DNA from: Candidatus Methylomirabilia bacterium
Lineage (GTDB): Bacteria > Methylomirabilota > Methylomirabilia > Rokubacteriales > CSP1-6
Assembly: GCA_041497895.1 (NCBI GenBank)
Contig: JBGQHJ010000020.1
Span: 1-46,095 of the forward strand
Direction: 5' to 3'
DNA length: 46,095 bases
Part shown: piece after piece, positions 9,213 to 18,080 of the stretch
Position numbering within the stretch: position 1 is the first letter of the stretch
How the letters are laid out: every line of letters begins with the position of its first letter
Notes under the pieces: generated by a model
The model's database searches: none
What the model was told of the DNA's origin: nothing
Seen by the model: only the letters and a program-made list of their open reading frames with translations
Translations under genes and position numbers: made by a program

Positions 9213-9557
9213 ATGAAGCTCGAGAAGGACACGTTCCGCATCGAACTGCGCTACGCGAAGCTCTGCATGGAGCTCGACTGCAATACGGTCTTCGACGCCG
9301 GCATGTATCGTCACTGCCCGACGTGTGGCAGCTCGGAGTCCTATCCACTCGAGTCCTGGCTCAACCGCTCTCGGGTCCAGAAGCCGGAGCCCGCGCTCCA
9401 CGAGGAGCTGGCCGGCGCGCTCGCGGTGGTCGCGTCCGTCTCGCGTCCGCTCTGGCACGAGCGGCGGCAGGTCGCGCGCGTCGAGGGCGAATCGCAGGCG
9501 GCCGCGCTGGCCGCGCGAGCGCGCCCGCGAGTCACCCTGCGCCGGCGGGTGGGCTGA
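9213..9557 (+). CDS. Hypothetical protein with zinc-ribbon-like motif
   Basis: GGAGG SD before ATG 9213; CMELDC...CPTCGS. Confidence 0.7.
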   Translation: MKLEKDTFRIELRYAKLCMELDCNTVFDAGMYRHCPTCGSSESYPLESWLNRSRVQKPEPALHEELAGALAVVASVSRPLWHERRQVARVEGESQAAALAARARPRVTLRRRVG

Positions 9558-9562
9558 CGCCG

Positions 9563-9967
9563 ATGAGAACGATTCTCGTCGTCGACGACGATGAGTGGGT
9601 GCGCGTCCTCGCGCGCGACGTGCTGGCCGCCGAGGGTTACCGGGTGCTCGAGGCCTCGGACGGCCAGGACGCGATCCGGGTCGCGTCCGAGCATCCCGGA
9701 CCCATCCACCTGCTCCTGACCGACGTGGTGATGCCCGGGATGAACGGCTGCGAGCTCGCGGCCGGGCTCGGCGCGCTCCTGCCCGGTCTCAAGGTCATGT
9801 TCATGTCCGCCTACGATCGCGACTTCCTGGTGGCCCGTGGGCTCAACCCCACCGGGCCGGTCATCACCAAGCCGTTCACGATCGAGTACCTGACCCGGCG
9901 CATCCAGATGGTGCTGGGCGATCGGCGCCCGTCCGCGCCGGCTCCGCCCGCCGCGCGCGTCCGCTAG
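9563..9967 (+). CDS. Single-domain response regulator (receiver)
   Basis: ILVVDDD, LLLTDVVMPGMNG, FMSAY, ITKPF. Confidence 0.92.
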   Translation: MRTILVVDDDEWVRVLARDVLAAEGYRVLEASDGQDAIRVASEHPGPIHLLLTDVVMPGMNGCELAAGLGALLPGLKVMFMSAYDRDFLVARGLNPTGPVITKPFTIEYLTRRIQMVLGDRRPSAPAPPAARVR

Positions 9968-9982
9968 CGCGTCGCGCGCGCA

Positions 9983-10018
9983 TTGACGCGCGGCCCGGCT
10001 CGTTGTAAGAGCCGGGCC
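9983..10018 (+). promoter_or_regulatory. Promoter region overlapped by a perfect 10-bp inverted repeat
   Basis: TTGACG at 9983-9988. GGCCCGGCTC (9992-10001), 7 nt, GAGCCGGGCC (10009-10018), abutting ATG 10019. Confidence 0.45.
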
Positions 10019-10981
10019 ATGACGTCATCATCGATCCTCTCGCGACTCTTCCCGCTCGCCCTTGCCGGGCTCGTCCTTGGCCCGGCGGCCCTCGCGACCG
10101 CCGCGTGCGGGCCGTCCCCGCTGCCGGCCGACACGCCGATCGCGCTGGTGCTGTCGGGGGGCGGGGCCAAGGGCGCCTACGAGGCGGGAGTGGCCTCGGT
10201 CCTCGTGGAGCGTGGCGTGCCGATCCGGCTGGTCGCCGGCTCGTCGGCGGGCGCGCTGAACGCGGCCATGATCGCCGCCGGCCGGCTCGACCGGCTGGAG
10301 GCCCTGTGGCGCGGGCTCACGCGGGACCGGGTGTACTCGCTGCGTGCCCGCGTGTTCTTCGCGGGCCTGCTCCCGGGCTGGCTCACGCTCCTGACTCTCG
10401 ACCGGGCCGGCTCGCTCTTCGATCCGGGCCCGCTGCGAGAGCTGGTCGACGCCTCGCTCGACCTCGAGCGCATCCGGTCGTCGTCGGTGCGGCTCCTGGT
10501 GATCACCACCGACCTGGCCCGCCGCGAGCCGCGCGTCTTCGACAACCAAACCGTCACTCGCGAGGCGCTGATGGCGGCGGCCGCGGTGCCGGGCGCCTTT
10601 CCCGCGGTGGACGTCGGCGGCGCGCTCCTGGTGGACGGTGGCCTCACCGGGCGCGCGCCGGTGCTGGAAGCGCTCGCCGCCGGGCCGCCGGTGGCGCGGG
10701 CGGTGGTGGTGATGAGCTACGCGCCGGAGGAGCGTGGGGTCCCGCCCACCACGATGCGCCATGCGCTCGAGGAGGCCTTCGAGATGGGGATGATCCACCA
10801 GATCCGGAGGGACGTGGAGCTGGCCCGGCTCAAGTTCCCCGCGGTGGAGGTGCAGCTCCTGACGCCGTCGGCGCCGCTGGCGCTGCGCCCGCTCGACTTC
10901 GATCCGGCCGGGATCGCGCGCGCCCTCGATCGTGGGCGCGCCGACGCGGCCGCCTGCCTCAGCGGCTGGGCGACGCGGTGA
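10019..10981 (+). CDS. Patatin-like phospholipase, with signal-peptide-like N-terminus
   Basis: SGGGAKG, GSSAG (GxSxG) and DGG motifs. Confidence 0.9.
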   Translation: MTSSSILSRLFPLALAGLVLGPAALATAACGPSPLPADTPIALVLSGGGAKGAYEAGVASVLVERGVPIRLVAGSSAGALNAAMIAAGRLDRLEALWRGLTRDRVYSLRARVFFAGLLPGWLTLLTLDRAGSLFDPGPLRELVDASLDLERIRSSSVRLLVITTDLARREPRVFDNQTVTREALMAAAAVPGAFPAVDVGGALLVDGGLTGRAPVLEALAAGPPVARAVVVMSYAPEERGVPPTTMRHALEEAFEMGMIHQIRRDVELARLKFPAVEVQLLTPSAPLALRPLDFDPAGIARALDRGRADAAACLSGWATR

Positions 10982-11561
10982 CCTGGACCGAGCCGATGTC
11001 GCGGACGAGGAAGTGCACGCGGCGGTTCCGGCCCTGGCAGGACGCGCTGCGGTCGGCGCAGAGCGGGCCCGTCTCGCCGCGGGAAACGACGGTGATCCGG
11101 CTCGCCGCGATGCCCTTGCCGACCAGGTAGTCCATCACCCACTTCGCGCGGCGCCGGGCGAGGGCGAGGTTGGCGGCCTGCGGCCCGGCCACGTCGGTGT
11201 AGCCCTCCAGGATGACCAGTTGCTCGGGATTGGCCTTGAGCCACGCCGCCACAGCGTCGAGCGCCTTCCGCTCGCTCCGCAGCACCTCCACCTGCCTCGA
11301 GGCGAAGTGGAGGTCCGGCAGGCTCTCCCGAGCGGAGAATCCGGCGGTGGGACCGGTCTCCGGAGCGGGCCCGGCCGCATCCTCGGTGGGAGCCTCCGGA
11401 GCGGCGGCCGCGTCCGGCCATACCGGGGCGGGAGGAGGTGTCGCGGGTGCCGCCGCCGTGACCGCGGCCGGAGGCGGCCCCTGGGCGTGCCGCGCGCAGC
11501 CAACCGTCAGCAGCGCCAGCACGCCCAAGGCGACGAAGGTGACGCGCGCGATCGGCGTCAT
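10959..11561 (-). CDS. OmpA-family peptidoglycan-binding lipoprotein
   Basis: Lipobox-like LTVGC, Pro/Ala linker, LEGYTD...NLALARRRA...SRGE...NRRV. Confidence 0.88.
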   Translation of the reverse strand: MTPIARVTFVALGVLALLTVGCARHAQGPPPAAVTAAAPATPPPAPVWPDAAAAPEAPTEDAAGPAPETGPTAGFSARESLPDLHFASRQVEVLRSERKALDAVAAWLKANPEQLVILEGYTDVAGPQAANLALARRRAKWVMDYLVGKGIAASRITVVSRGETGPLCADRSASCQGRNRRVHFLVRDIGSVQVTASPSR

Positions 11562-11577
11562 CGGCGCGTACCCGGGC

Positions 11578-11799
11578 TCAGGCGAGCTCGTGGCGCTCGG
11601 TCAGCCGATCGTGCAGCATGCCGAGGCCGAACTCGAGCTCGGTCGCGAGGGACTGGAGCTGGTCCAGACGATTGCCGTCGGGGCGCAGGCAGCCGTCTTC
11701 CAGCAGGCGGCCGTGTCCGAGCACCGCGAGACTCAGCAGGCTCGCCTTCGCGAACAGCCGCTCCACGTAGTCGACCAGCACATCCTCGGTCTGCGTCAT
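11578..11799 (-). CDS. Small hypothetical protein (73 aa)
   Basis: AAAGGAG SD before ATG at 11799 (MTQTEDVLVDYVERL...); 16 nt upstream of the OmpA gene. Confidence 0.6.
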   Translation of the reverse strand: MTQTEDVLVDYVERLFAKASLLSLAVLGHGRLLEDGCLRPDGNRLDQLQSLATELEFGLGMLHDRLTERHELA

Positions 11800-11860
11800 C
11801 GCGTGCTCCTTTTCTGGGCGCTTGGACCGGATCAGGGCCGGCCGGCGGTTGGCCAAAGTT

Positions 11861-11877
11861 CGCATACGCCATGCCAC
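11861..11877 (-). promoter_or_regulatory. Candidate sigma54 promoter
   Basis: Minus strand TGGCATGGCGTATGCG (GG-N10-GC). IHF-like TTTCAGGATGTTG upstream at 11891-11903. Confidence 0.5.
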
Positions 11878-11988
11878 CGGTGCTTGTCGGCAACATCCTG
11901 AAATAACGGCGAATTCTGAGCTCAAAGCCGACGGGGGCTCGTCAGCGCCGCGACAGCGTTCCGGGCGGGCCGTCAGAGGCCGGACGCC

Positions 11989-12486
11989 TCAGCGGACACC
12001 CAAGTAGTCTCGGAGAGCCCGCCGGATCGAGGCGAATCCGATCCGTCCCCAGGGAATCGCGTCGCGCGGGAACCACCGGATCTCGCTGACGTCGCTCCGC
12101 GCGGTGATGGCTCCGGACACGCGCACCGCGTACACCAGCCCCAGCACCGGCACGCCGCCGCGACCGTAGTGGTCGAGCACGAAGCCGCGGAAGCGCGCGG
12201 AGCGCACGCGCGCGCCCAGCTCCTCGCGCAGCTCGCGGCGCAGCCCGCGCTCGGGGCTCTCGCCGGCCTCGAGGAAGCCCCCGGCGAGGTCCCAGGTCCC
12301 GCGGTGGGGCGGACCGGCCCGCCGGCAGAGGAGCACGCCCCGGCGGCCGAGCACGATGGCCACCGTGGCCGGCACCGGGTTGCTGTAGAAGACCCATCCG
12401 CACCGGCCGCATCGCCACCGCGGGAAGCCGCCCTCGCGGCGCGCGCGCAGCCGGCCCCCGCAGACGACGCAGTGCCGCGGGATCAA
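11989..12486 (-). CDS. NUDIX hydrolase with N-terminal zinc ribbon
   Basis: CVVCG...CGRCG, YSNP, Nudix box GGFLEAGESPERGLRRELREELG. Confidence 0.9.
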   Translation of the reverse strand: MIPRHCVVCGGRLRARREGGFPRWRCGRCGWVFYSNPVPATVAIVLGRRGVLLCRRAGPPHRGTWDLAGGFLEAGESPERGLRRELREELGARVRSARFRGFVLDHYGRGGVPVLGLVYAVRVSGAITARSDVSEIRWFPRDAIPWGRIGFASIRRALRDYLGVR

Positions 12487-12487
12487 C

Positions 12488-12901
12488 TCAGAGCGCGCCC
12501 AGCAGCGTGGCGGCGCGGTTGTAGTCGCGCCCGGCCACCCAGAGGATGGCCCCGTAGCGCCCGGCCCCGGCGCACACCGCGTCGACCGCGGTGACGTTGA
12601 CGCGCGCCGCCGCGAGCTTGCCCAGCATCTCGCCGATCACCCCCACGCGGTCCTCGCCGCCCAGCAGGAAGGCGCGCTTCGGGCCGGTGATCTTCCACTT
12701 CGAGCGCCGGGCGAAGCCGCGGAACGCGGTGGCGTCGGTGGGCACGAAGTCGAGCTGGGCGCCGCGGCCCTCCGGGAAGCCGGAGAACGCGAGCAGGTTG
12801 ATCCCCGCTTCCCGGAGCGCGTCGAGGTAGCGCGCGCCCTCGCCCGGCTTGTTGGGCACCTGCACGTAGAAGTAGTCGACGCGCTGCACCGTATCAGCCA
12901 T
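12488..12901 (-). CDS. Tandem ACT-like domain protein
   Basis: VPNKPGEG...AGINL and EDRVGVIG...ARVNV repeats; coupled to neighbours. Confidence 0.7.
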   Translation of the reverse strand: MADTVQRVDYFYVQVPNKPGEGARYLDALREAGINLLAFSGFPEGRGAQLDFVPTDATAFRGFARRSKWKITGPKRAFLLGGEDRVGVIGEMLGKLAAARVNVTAVDAVCAGAGRYGAILWVAGRDYNRAATLLGAL

Positions 12902-13436
12902 GGCGGGTCTCCTCGTACTCGAGCTCGGTGCCGAGTGCCTCGTTGAAGCGGTTGGTGAAGTTGGCGGCGGCGACGGTGAGAGTGAGCTGGACCAGCGCCT
13001 CCGGCCCGAGGTGCCGGCGCAGCGTCTCCACGAGGGCGCCGTCCACCTGGACCTCGGTGGTCATCGCCTCCGCGTAGGCGAGTACCAGCCGCTCGAGCTC
13101 GGAGAAGAGCGGGCTCGTGCGATGGTCGGCCAGCGCCTCGAGCTGCTCCTTCGGGATGCCCGCCTTGCGGCCGGCCGCCCCGTTGTGGGTCACGCAGTAG
13201 CGGCAGCGATTGAGCTGCGAGGCCCGCACGTAGGCGAGGTAGCGGAGCCGGAGGTCGAGCGGCCCCTCGCGCAGGCGGGGATACCACGCCTGGAACGGCG
13301 GCAGGGACCGCGCGTGGTGGGCCATCAGCCGGAAGATGTTGAGCACGCGCCCGCTGCCCTTCTCGAGCGTGTCGTAGAGCGACTGGATCTCGGGCGGCAC
13401 CTGCGCCCGGTCCAGGTAGGGAAGTCTCGCCGCCAT
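12894..13436 (-). CDS. Carboxymuconolactone decarboxylase/AhpD family protein
   Basis: GGAGGAG SD, MAARLPYL, SQLNRCRYCVTHN (CxYC..H), NFTNRFN. Confidence 0.85.
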   Translation of the reverse strand: MAARLPYLDRAQVPPEIQSLYDTLEKGSGRVLNIFRLMAHHARSLPPFQAWYPRLREGPLDLRLRYLAYVRASQLNRCRYCVTHNGAAGRKAGIPKEQLEALADHRTSPLFSELERLVLAYAEAMTTEVQVDGALVETLRRHLGPEALVQLTLTVAAANFTNRFNEALGTELEYEETRHG

Positions 13437-13542
13437 GGTGCGTGGCTCCTCCGCGCCGGGGAAAGCGGCGGGCCCGGCCCCGCGCGCGGCTCGACGCGTC
13501 GTCGCATCATTGCGCGGGCCCTCCGGCCGGTCAAGCCGGTGC

Positions 13543-14586
13543 TCACAGAATGGCCAGGTGCACCGCCTGCCCCTCGAAGAGCAGAGCCGCCCCGCGATGC
13601 TTGTCGAGCGCGAACTCGAACAGGCGCCCGACTCCCGCGCTCCCGCGGAGCGTGCCCTCGACGCGCGCGGCGCCGCGCAGCAGGCCGTCCACGCGGGCCC
13701 GGGCCGCCGCCTCGTCCCAGCCACCCGGGGCGGTACGGTACGCGTCGAGCGCGTAGGCGCGCAGCAGCTTGGGCCACTCGCGGACGAAGAGGCCGCCTCG
13801 GTGAAAGGCGTCCACGCCGACCAGACTCGGGCCCACGAAGACCGCGGCGCCGACCGCTCCCGGCGCGACGGCCGCCTCCAGACCGCGGGTCGCCTGCTCG
13901 AGATGAGCGCGAACCTCCGGCGCGTCGTAGACCGCCTGGTAGCTGCCGGTCGGCGAGGGGGCCCGCAGCTCCCGGGACGCGGACGCGACGCCCGACCAGA
14001 TGCGCCCCTGCTCGGCCTTGCGGAGCACCTCCGAGCGCACGCTCGGCTGCACCACGCTGGACCGGCTGTCGAAGTCCTTCCGGCCCTCGTTCCAGCGGCC
14101 CTGCTCCACGCAGTACACCGCGATGTTCCGCGGCCCGCTGAGCGGCGGAAGCAAGAGGTCCTCGCGCAGGACCCGGTTCTGCTTGCCGCCGACCAGGATC
14201 TCCCCGGCCAGCAGCAGCACGTGCGTCTTGCCGCGGTTCTCCGCGATCAGCTCGGGCACGCTGGCCTGGGCGCGCTCCGTCACCGTGAGGGTGCCCTGCG
14301 CCCGGGCCTCGTCGAACGTGGCGATCTCGAGCGGCGGGGCGCCCTTCGGCGACCCGCCGAGGAGCCACAGCGCCGAGAGGGTGCCCTGGGTGACCGCGGG
14401 GCCGAGCGTGAGCCGCCCGAGGGCGCGCCGGAGCTCGGGACTGATCTGCCCGGCGAGCTCGGGATCGACCGGGGCGCTCGCGTCCGGGAGGACGCGGATG
14501 CGGTCGGCCAGGGCCAGTCCGGGCGAGACCGCGGCAGCGCCGGCCGCGCCGAGGAGCTTCAGAAACGAGCGTCGCAATGGGGTCAT
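13543..14586 (-). CDS. Tat-exported DUF6569/ARPP-1-like protein
   Basis: MTPLRRSFLKLLG twin-arginine signal; LLLAGEILVGGKQNRVL and YCVEQGRW motifs (family recalled, not searched). Confidence 0.7.
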   Translation of the reverse strand: MTPLRRSFLKLLGAAGAAAVSPGLALADRIRVLPDASAPVDPELAGQISPELRRALGRLTLGPAVTQGTLSALWLLGGSPKGAPPLEIATFDEARAQGTLTVTERAQASVPELIAENRGKTHVLLLAGEILVGGKQNRVLREDLLLPPLSGPRNIAVYCVEQGRWNEGRKDFDSRSSVVQPSVRSEVLRKAEQGRIWSGVASASRELRAPSPTGSYQAVYDAPEVRAHLEQATRGLEAAVAPGAVGAAVFVGPSLVGVDAFHRGGLFVREWPKLLRAYALDAYRTAPGGWDEAAARARVDGLLRGAARVEGTLRGSAGVGRLFEFALDKHRGAALLFEGQAVHLAIL

Positions 14587-14707
14587 GTCGTCCTCCGTGC
14601 CCGCGAAGCGGGGGATTTGCCCGCTTAGACCGGGGCCGGGGCCGAAAGTTCCGTGCATCGCGTATACTGACGGCGACGCATCGACAGGGCTCGAGGAGGG
14701 ACGCGCG

Positions 14708-15646
14708 ATGAGGCGGACCTTGGCAACGATCATCCTGGTGGCGCTGGCGCTGTCTCCGCTGCTCTCCGTCACCGAGGCCTGGGCCCGGGCGGGCGGGGGA
14801 AGCTCGAGCGGCAGCCGTGGCTCGCGCAGCTATTCCTCGCCCTCGCGGCCGCCGTCCTCGAGCCCCTCCTCGCCGAGCCAGCCGGCGGCGCCCGCCTATC
14901 AGCAGCCGGCGCCCACGCGGCCGGGCTGGGGCGGCATGCTGGGCGGGATGCTCGGCGGGCTCGTGCTGGGCGGTCTCCTCGGCGGGCTGTTCTTCGGTCA
15001 TGCGGGCGGGGGAGGCATCGGCCTGCTCGAGATCCTGATCATCGCCGGGCTCGCCTGGTTCGCGTTCTCCTACATGCGGCGGCAGCAGGCGGCCGCCCCC
15101 TCCGGCTACGCGACGCCGGGCGGCTACGGGTCCGCCCCGGCGTCCCGCTACGAGGCCACGGGCGGCACCGCCACGATGGAGGCCCCGGCCGGCCCCTCCG
15201 ACCTCGAGCGCGGGCTGGGCCACATCCGCCAGATGGACCCGGGCTTCGATCCCCGCGCGTTCGCGGAGACCGCCTCGGACATCTTCTTCAAGGTGCAGGG
15301 CGCGTGGACGGCGCGGAGCATGACGGGCGTGTCGTCGCTGCTCACCCCCGAGATGGCGACCCTGCTCCAGCGCGACTGCGATCGCCTGAAGGCCGAGCGC
15401 AAGGTCAACCGGCTCGAGAACATCGCGGTCCGCGAGGCCCTGGTCACCGAGGCCTGGCAGGAGAGCGGCCAGGACTTCGTGACCGTCCACTTCCTGGCGA
15501 GCCTGCTCGACTACACCACCGACGAGAGCGGCGCGCAGGTGCTGGAGGGCAGCCGGACCGAGCCGGTGAAGTTCGAGGAGTACTGGACCTTCGCGCGGCC
15601 GGTCGGGCCCTCCGCCTTCCGCCTGAGCGCCATCCAGCAGGCCTGA
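14708..15646 (+). CDS. Tim44-like domain membrane protein
   Basis: GAGGAGG SD; signal, ARAGGGSSSGSRGSRS, Gly-rich TM segment, FDPRAF, FEEYWTFAR. Confidence 0.88.
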   Translation: MRRTLATIILVALALSPLLSVTEAWARAGGGSSSGSRGSRSYSSPSRPPSSSPSSPSQPAAPAYQQPAPTRPGWGGMLGGMLGGLVLGGLLGGLFFGHAGGGGIGLLEILIIAGLAWFAFSYMRRQQAAAPSGYATPGGYGSAPASRYEATGGTATMEAPAGPSDLERGLGHIRQMDPGFDPRAFAETASDIFFKVQGAWTARSMTGVSSLLTPEMATLLQRDCDRLKAERKVNRLENIAVREALVTEAWQESGQDFVTVHFLASLLDYTTDESGAQVLEGSRTEPVKFEEYWTFARPVGPSAFRLSAIQQA

Positions 15647-15658
15647 TCGCGGGAAGAC

Positions 15659-16432
15659 CTAGAAGGCGGCGGACATGCCTCCGTCGAAATTCACCGCGGT
15701 ACCGGTGATGTAGGCGGCGCGGGCCGAGCAGAGGAAGGCCACCAGGTCCGCGAACTCCTCGGCCTCGCCCACCCGGCCGACCGGCACCCGCTTGGCGGCG
15801 TCGCGGTAGTAGCTCTCCATGTCGCCGCCCTTGGCCCGACGCTCCCACTGGGCGCTCTTCACCAGCCCCAGGCAGACCGTGTTCACCAGGATGTGCTCGG
15901 GCGCGTACTCGTTGGCGAGTGACTTGGTCAGGTTGATGCCGGCCGCGCGGGTCACGCTGGTGGGCAGGGCGCGCGCCGCCGGGACCTTGCCGCCCACGGT
16001 GGTCACGTTGACGATCCGGCCGCCCCCGCGCTTTCTCATGTGGGGGATGACGAGGCGGCAGAAGCGCACCGCGGCCATGAGCTTCACCTCGATGTCGGCC
16101 GCCCACGTGGCGTCGTCCACCTTCTCGAACGCCCCGGCCGACGACGTGCCCGCGTTGTTGACCAGGATGTCCACGCCGCCGTGCGCGGCCAGCGTGGCGT
16201 CGACCACCGCCTCGACGTCGGCGAGCCGGGTGACGTCCGCGACCTGGGCCAGCACCTGGACGCCGGTCTGCTTCCGGACGGCCTCGGCCGCGCGCTCCAG
16301 CACGTCCTTGCGGCGCGCGCAGATCACCACGTGGCAGCCCTCCTGGGCGAAGCGCATGGCGGTGGCGCGCCCGAGCCCCTCGCTGCCTCCGGTGACGATG
16401 GCGACCTTGCCGGTGAGACCGAGATCGAGCAT
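15659..16432 (-). CDS. Short-chain dehydrogenase/reductase
   Basis: TGGSEGLG, DILVNNAG, ITGTAVNFDGG; the YxxxK motif is altered (TSVTRAA). Confidence 0.9.
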   Translation of the reverse strand: MLDLGLTGKVAIVTGGSEGLGRATAMRFAQEGCHVVICARRKDVLERAAEAVRKQTGVQVLAQVADVTRLADVEAVVDATLAAHGGVDILVNNAGTSSAGAFEKVDDATWAADIEVKLMAAVRFCRLVIPHMRKRGGGRIVNVTTVGGKVPAARALPTSVTRAAGINLTKSLANEYAPEHILVNTVCLGLVKSAQWERRAKGGDMESYYRDAAKRVPVGRVGEAEEFADLVAFLCSARAAYITGTAVNFDGGMSAAF

Positions 16433-16453
16433 GGCGTGTCCTCCCGGTCGCGG

Positions 16454-16482
16454 ATACTAGCCGCGGGCGCGGGCGGGGTCAA
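16454..16482 (-). promoter_or_regulatory. Sigma70-type promoter for the SDR gene
   Basis: Minus strand TTGACC, 17 bp spacer, TAGTAT, then GGGAGG SD. Confidence 0.55.
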
Positions 16483-16514
16483 GGCGCGGCGCGCGCCGTG
16501 GTATGGTCGTGCCC

Positions 16515-17273
16515 ATGCGTCGAGTCCTGGTCACCGGGATGAGCGGGCTCATCGGGGCCGCGGTGCGCCGCCGGCTCGAGGGGCGCTTCGCCCTGCGCGC
16601 GCTGAATCGCCGTCCGGTCGCGGGCGTCGAGAGCCACCAGGCCGACATCGCCGACCTCGAGGCGATCGCCCCCGCGTTCCGGGACGTCGACGCGGTCGTG
16701 CACCTCGCCGCCAACGTGGAGGCCAACCCGCCCATCGATCGCGTGGTGCGGGACAACGTGATGGGCACCTACAACGTCTTCGAGGCGGCGCGTCGCGCCG
16801 GCGTGCGGCGCGTGATCTACGCGAGCAGCGGCGCCACCGTGAGCGACTGGGAGCGAGACGAGCCCTACGCGGCGCTGGTCGCCGGTCGCTACGACCAGCT
16901 CGCCGAGTGGCCGGTGCTCACCCACGAGTCGCCGATGCGGCCGCACGGTCTCTACGGCTGCAGCAAGATCTGGGGCGAGGCCCTCGCCCGCCACTTCGCG
17001 GATACCTCCGCGATGTCGATGATCTGCCTGCGCATCGGACGCGTGACCGCGGCGGACCGGCCGGCGGGGCCGCGCGAGTTCTCGGTGTGGTGCAGCCAGC
17101 GCGACATCGCCCAGATGGTCGAGCGCTGCCTGGCCGCCCCCGACAGCCTGCGCTTCGACGTCTTCTTCGTGACGTCGGAGAACAAGTGGACCTATCGCGA
17201 CATCGAGCACGCGCGGGCGGTGGTCGGGTTCGTCCCCGAGGACCGGGCCGAGGACTACCGCGGTCGCCCGTGA
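16515..17273 (+). CDS. NAD-dependent epimerase/dehydratase (uronate dehydrogenase-like)
   Basis: VLVTGMSGLIG, VVHLAA, YGCSK, LRIG. Start taken 7 nt after extended -10 TGGTATGGT (alternative ATG 16503). Confidence 0.85.
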   Translation: MRRVLVTGMSGLIGAAVRRRLEGRFALRALNRRPVAGVESHQADIADLEAIAPAFRDVDAVVHLAANVEANPPIDRVVRDNVMGTYNVFEAARRAGVRRVIYASSGATVSDWERDEPYAALVAGRYDQLAEWPVLTHESPMRPHGLYGCSKIWGEALARHFADTSAMSMICLRIGRVTAADRPAGPREFSVWCSQRDIAQMVERCLAAPDSLRFDVFFVTSENKWTYRDIEHARAVVGFVPEDRAEDYRGRP

Positions 17274-18031
17274 AGCTCGTCTCCTGGAACGTCAACGGGC
17301 TCCGGGCCGCGTGGAAGAAGGGCTTCGTCGAATTTCTGGCCGCCCAGGCCGCCGACGTGGTCTGCGTGCAGGAGACCAAGCTCCAGGCCGAGCAGGTCAC
17401 CGACGAGATGCGGGCCCCGGCCGGTTACCGGAGCCACTGGGCCTTCGCGGAGCGTCCCGGGTACAGCGGGGTGGTGACCTACACGCGCCCGGCCCCGCTC
17501 GCGGTGAGCACGGTCTGCGACCACCCGGTGCTCGACTGCGAGGGACGCCTCGTGCACGTCGAGTTGCCCGACTTCCACCTCCTCAACGTGTACTTCCCCA
17601 ACGGGGGCATGGGACCGGAGCGCGTGCAGCACAAGCTTGCCTTCTACGGGGCCTTCCTCGCTTTCACGGAGTCGCTGCGCAAGCGGGGCAAGGGCGTCGT
17701 GGTCTGCGGCGACGTGAACACCGCCCACACCGAGCTCGATCTCGCCCGCCCGCGGGAGAACGAGGGGACGTCGGGCTTCCTGCCCGCCGAGCGCGAGTGG
17801 GTCACCCGCTTCATCGCGGCGGGCTACCACGACACCTTCCGGCTCTTCGTCGCGGACCCGGGCCACTACACCTGGTGGGACCTGAAGACCGGCGCGCGGG
17901 CCCGGAACGTGGGCTGGCGCATCGACTACTTCTTCGTGTCCGACGAGCTGCGGGGCCGGATCGCGGGCGCGAGCATCCTGCCCGGGATCGTGGGCTCGGA
18001 TCACTGCCCGATCGTGCTCGAGCTCGCCTAG
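17270..18031 (+). CDS. xth: Exodeoxyribonuclease III
   Basis: GTGA overlap with the previous stop; SWNVNGLRA, QETK, GDVNTAH, GWRIDYF, GSDHCP. Confidence 0.95.
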   Translation: MKLVSWNVNGLRAAWKKGFVEFLAAQAADVVCVQETKLQAEQVTDEMRAPAGYRSHWAFAERPGYSGVVTYTRPAPLAVSTVCDHPVLDCEGRLVHVELPDFHLLNVYFPNGGMGPERVQHKLAFYGAFLAFTESLRKRGKGVVVCGDVNTAHTELDLARPRENEGTSGFLPAEREWVTRFIAAGYHDTFRLFVADPGHYTWWDLKTGARARNVGWRIDYFFVSDELRGRIAGASILPGIVGSDHCPIVLELA

Positions 18032-18064
18032 ACCCCGTGCCCGCTCCCCAGAGGGGGAGGGTGA
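18032..18064. repeat. Degenerate REP-like palindrome
   Basis: CTCCCC-AGAG-GGGGAG hairpin resembling the element at 37588-37627. Confidence 0.45.
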
Positions 18065-18080
18065 TGGTATTCTCTCGGCC

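Noticed and set aside
12894..13436. Possible selenocysteine in the AhpD-like proteins (also 39467-39868)
   Set aside because: Both CxxC motifs are encoded as Cys with no in-frame TGA.
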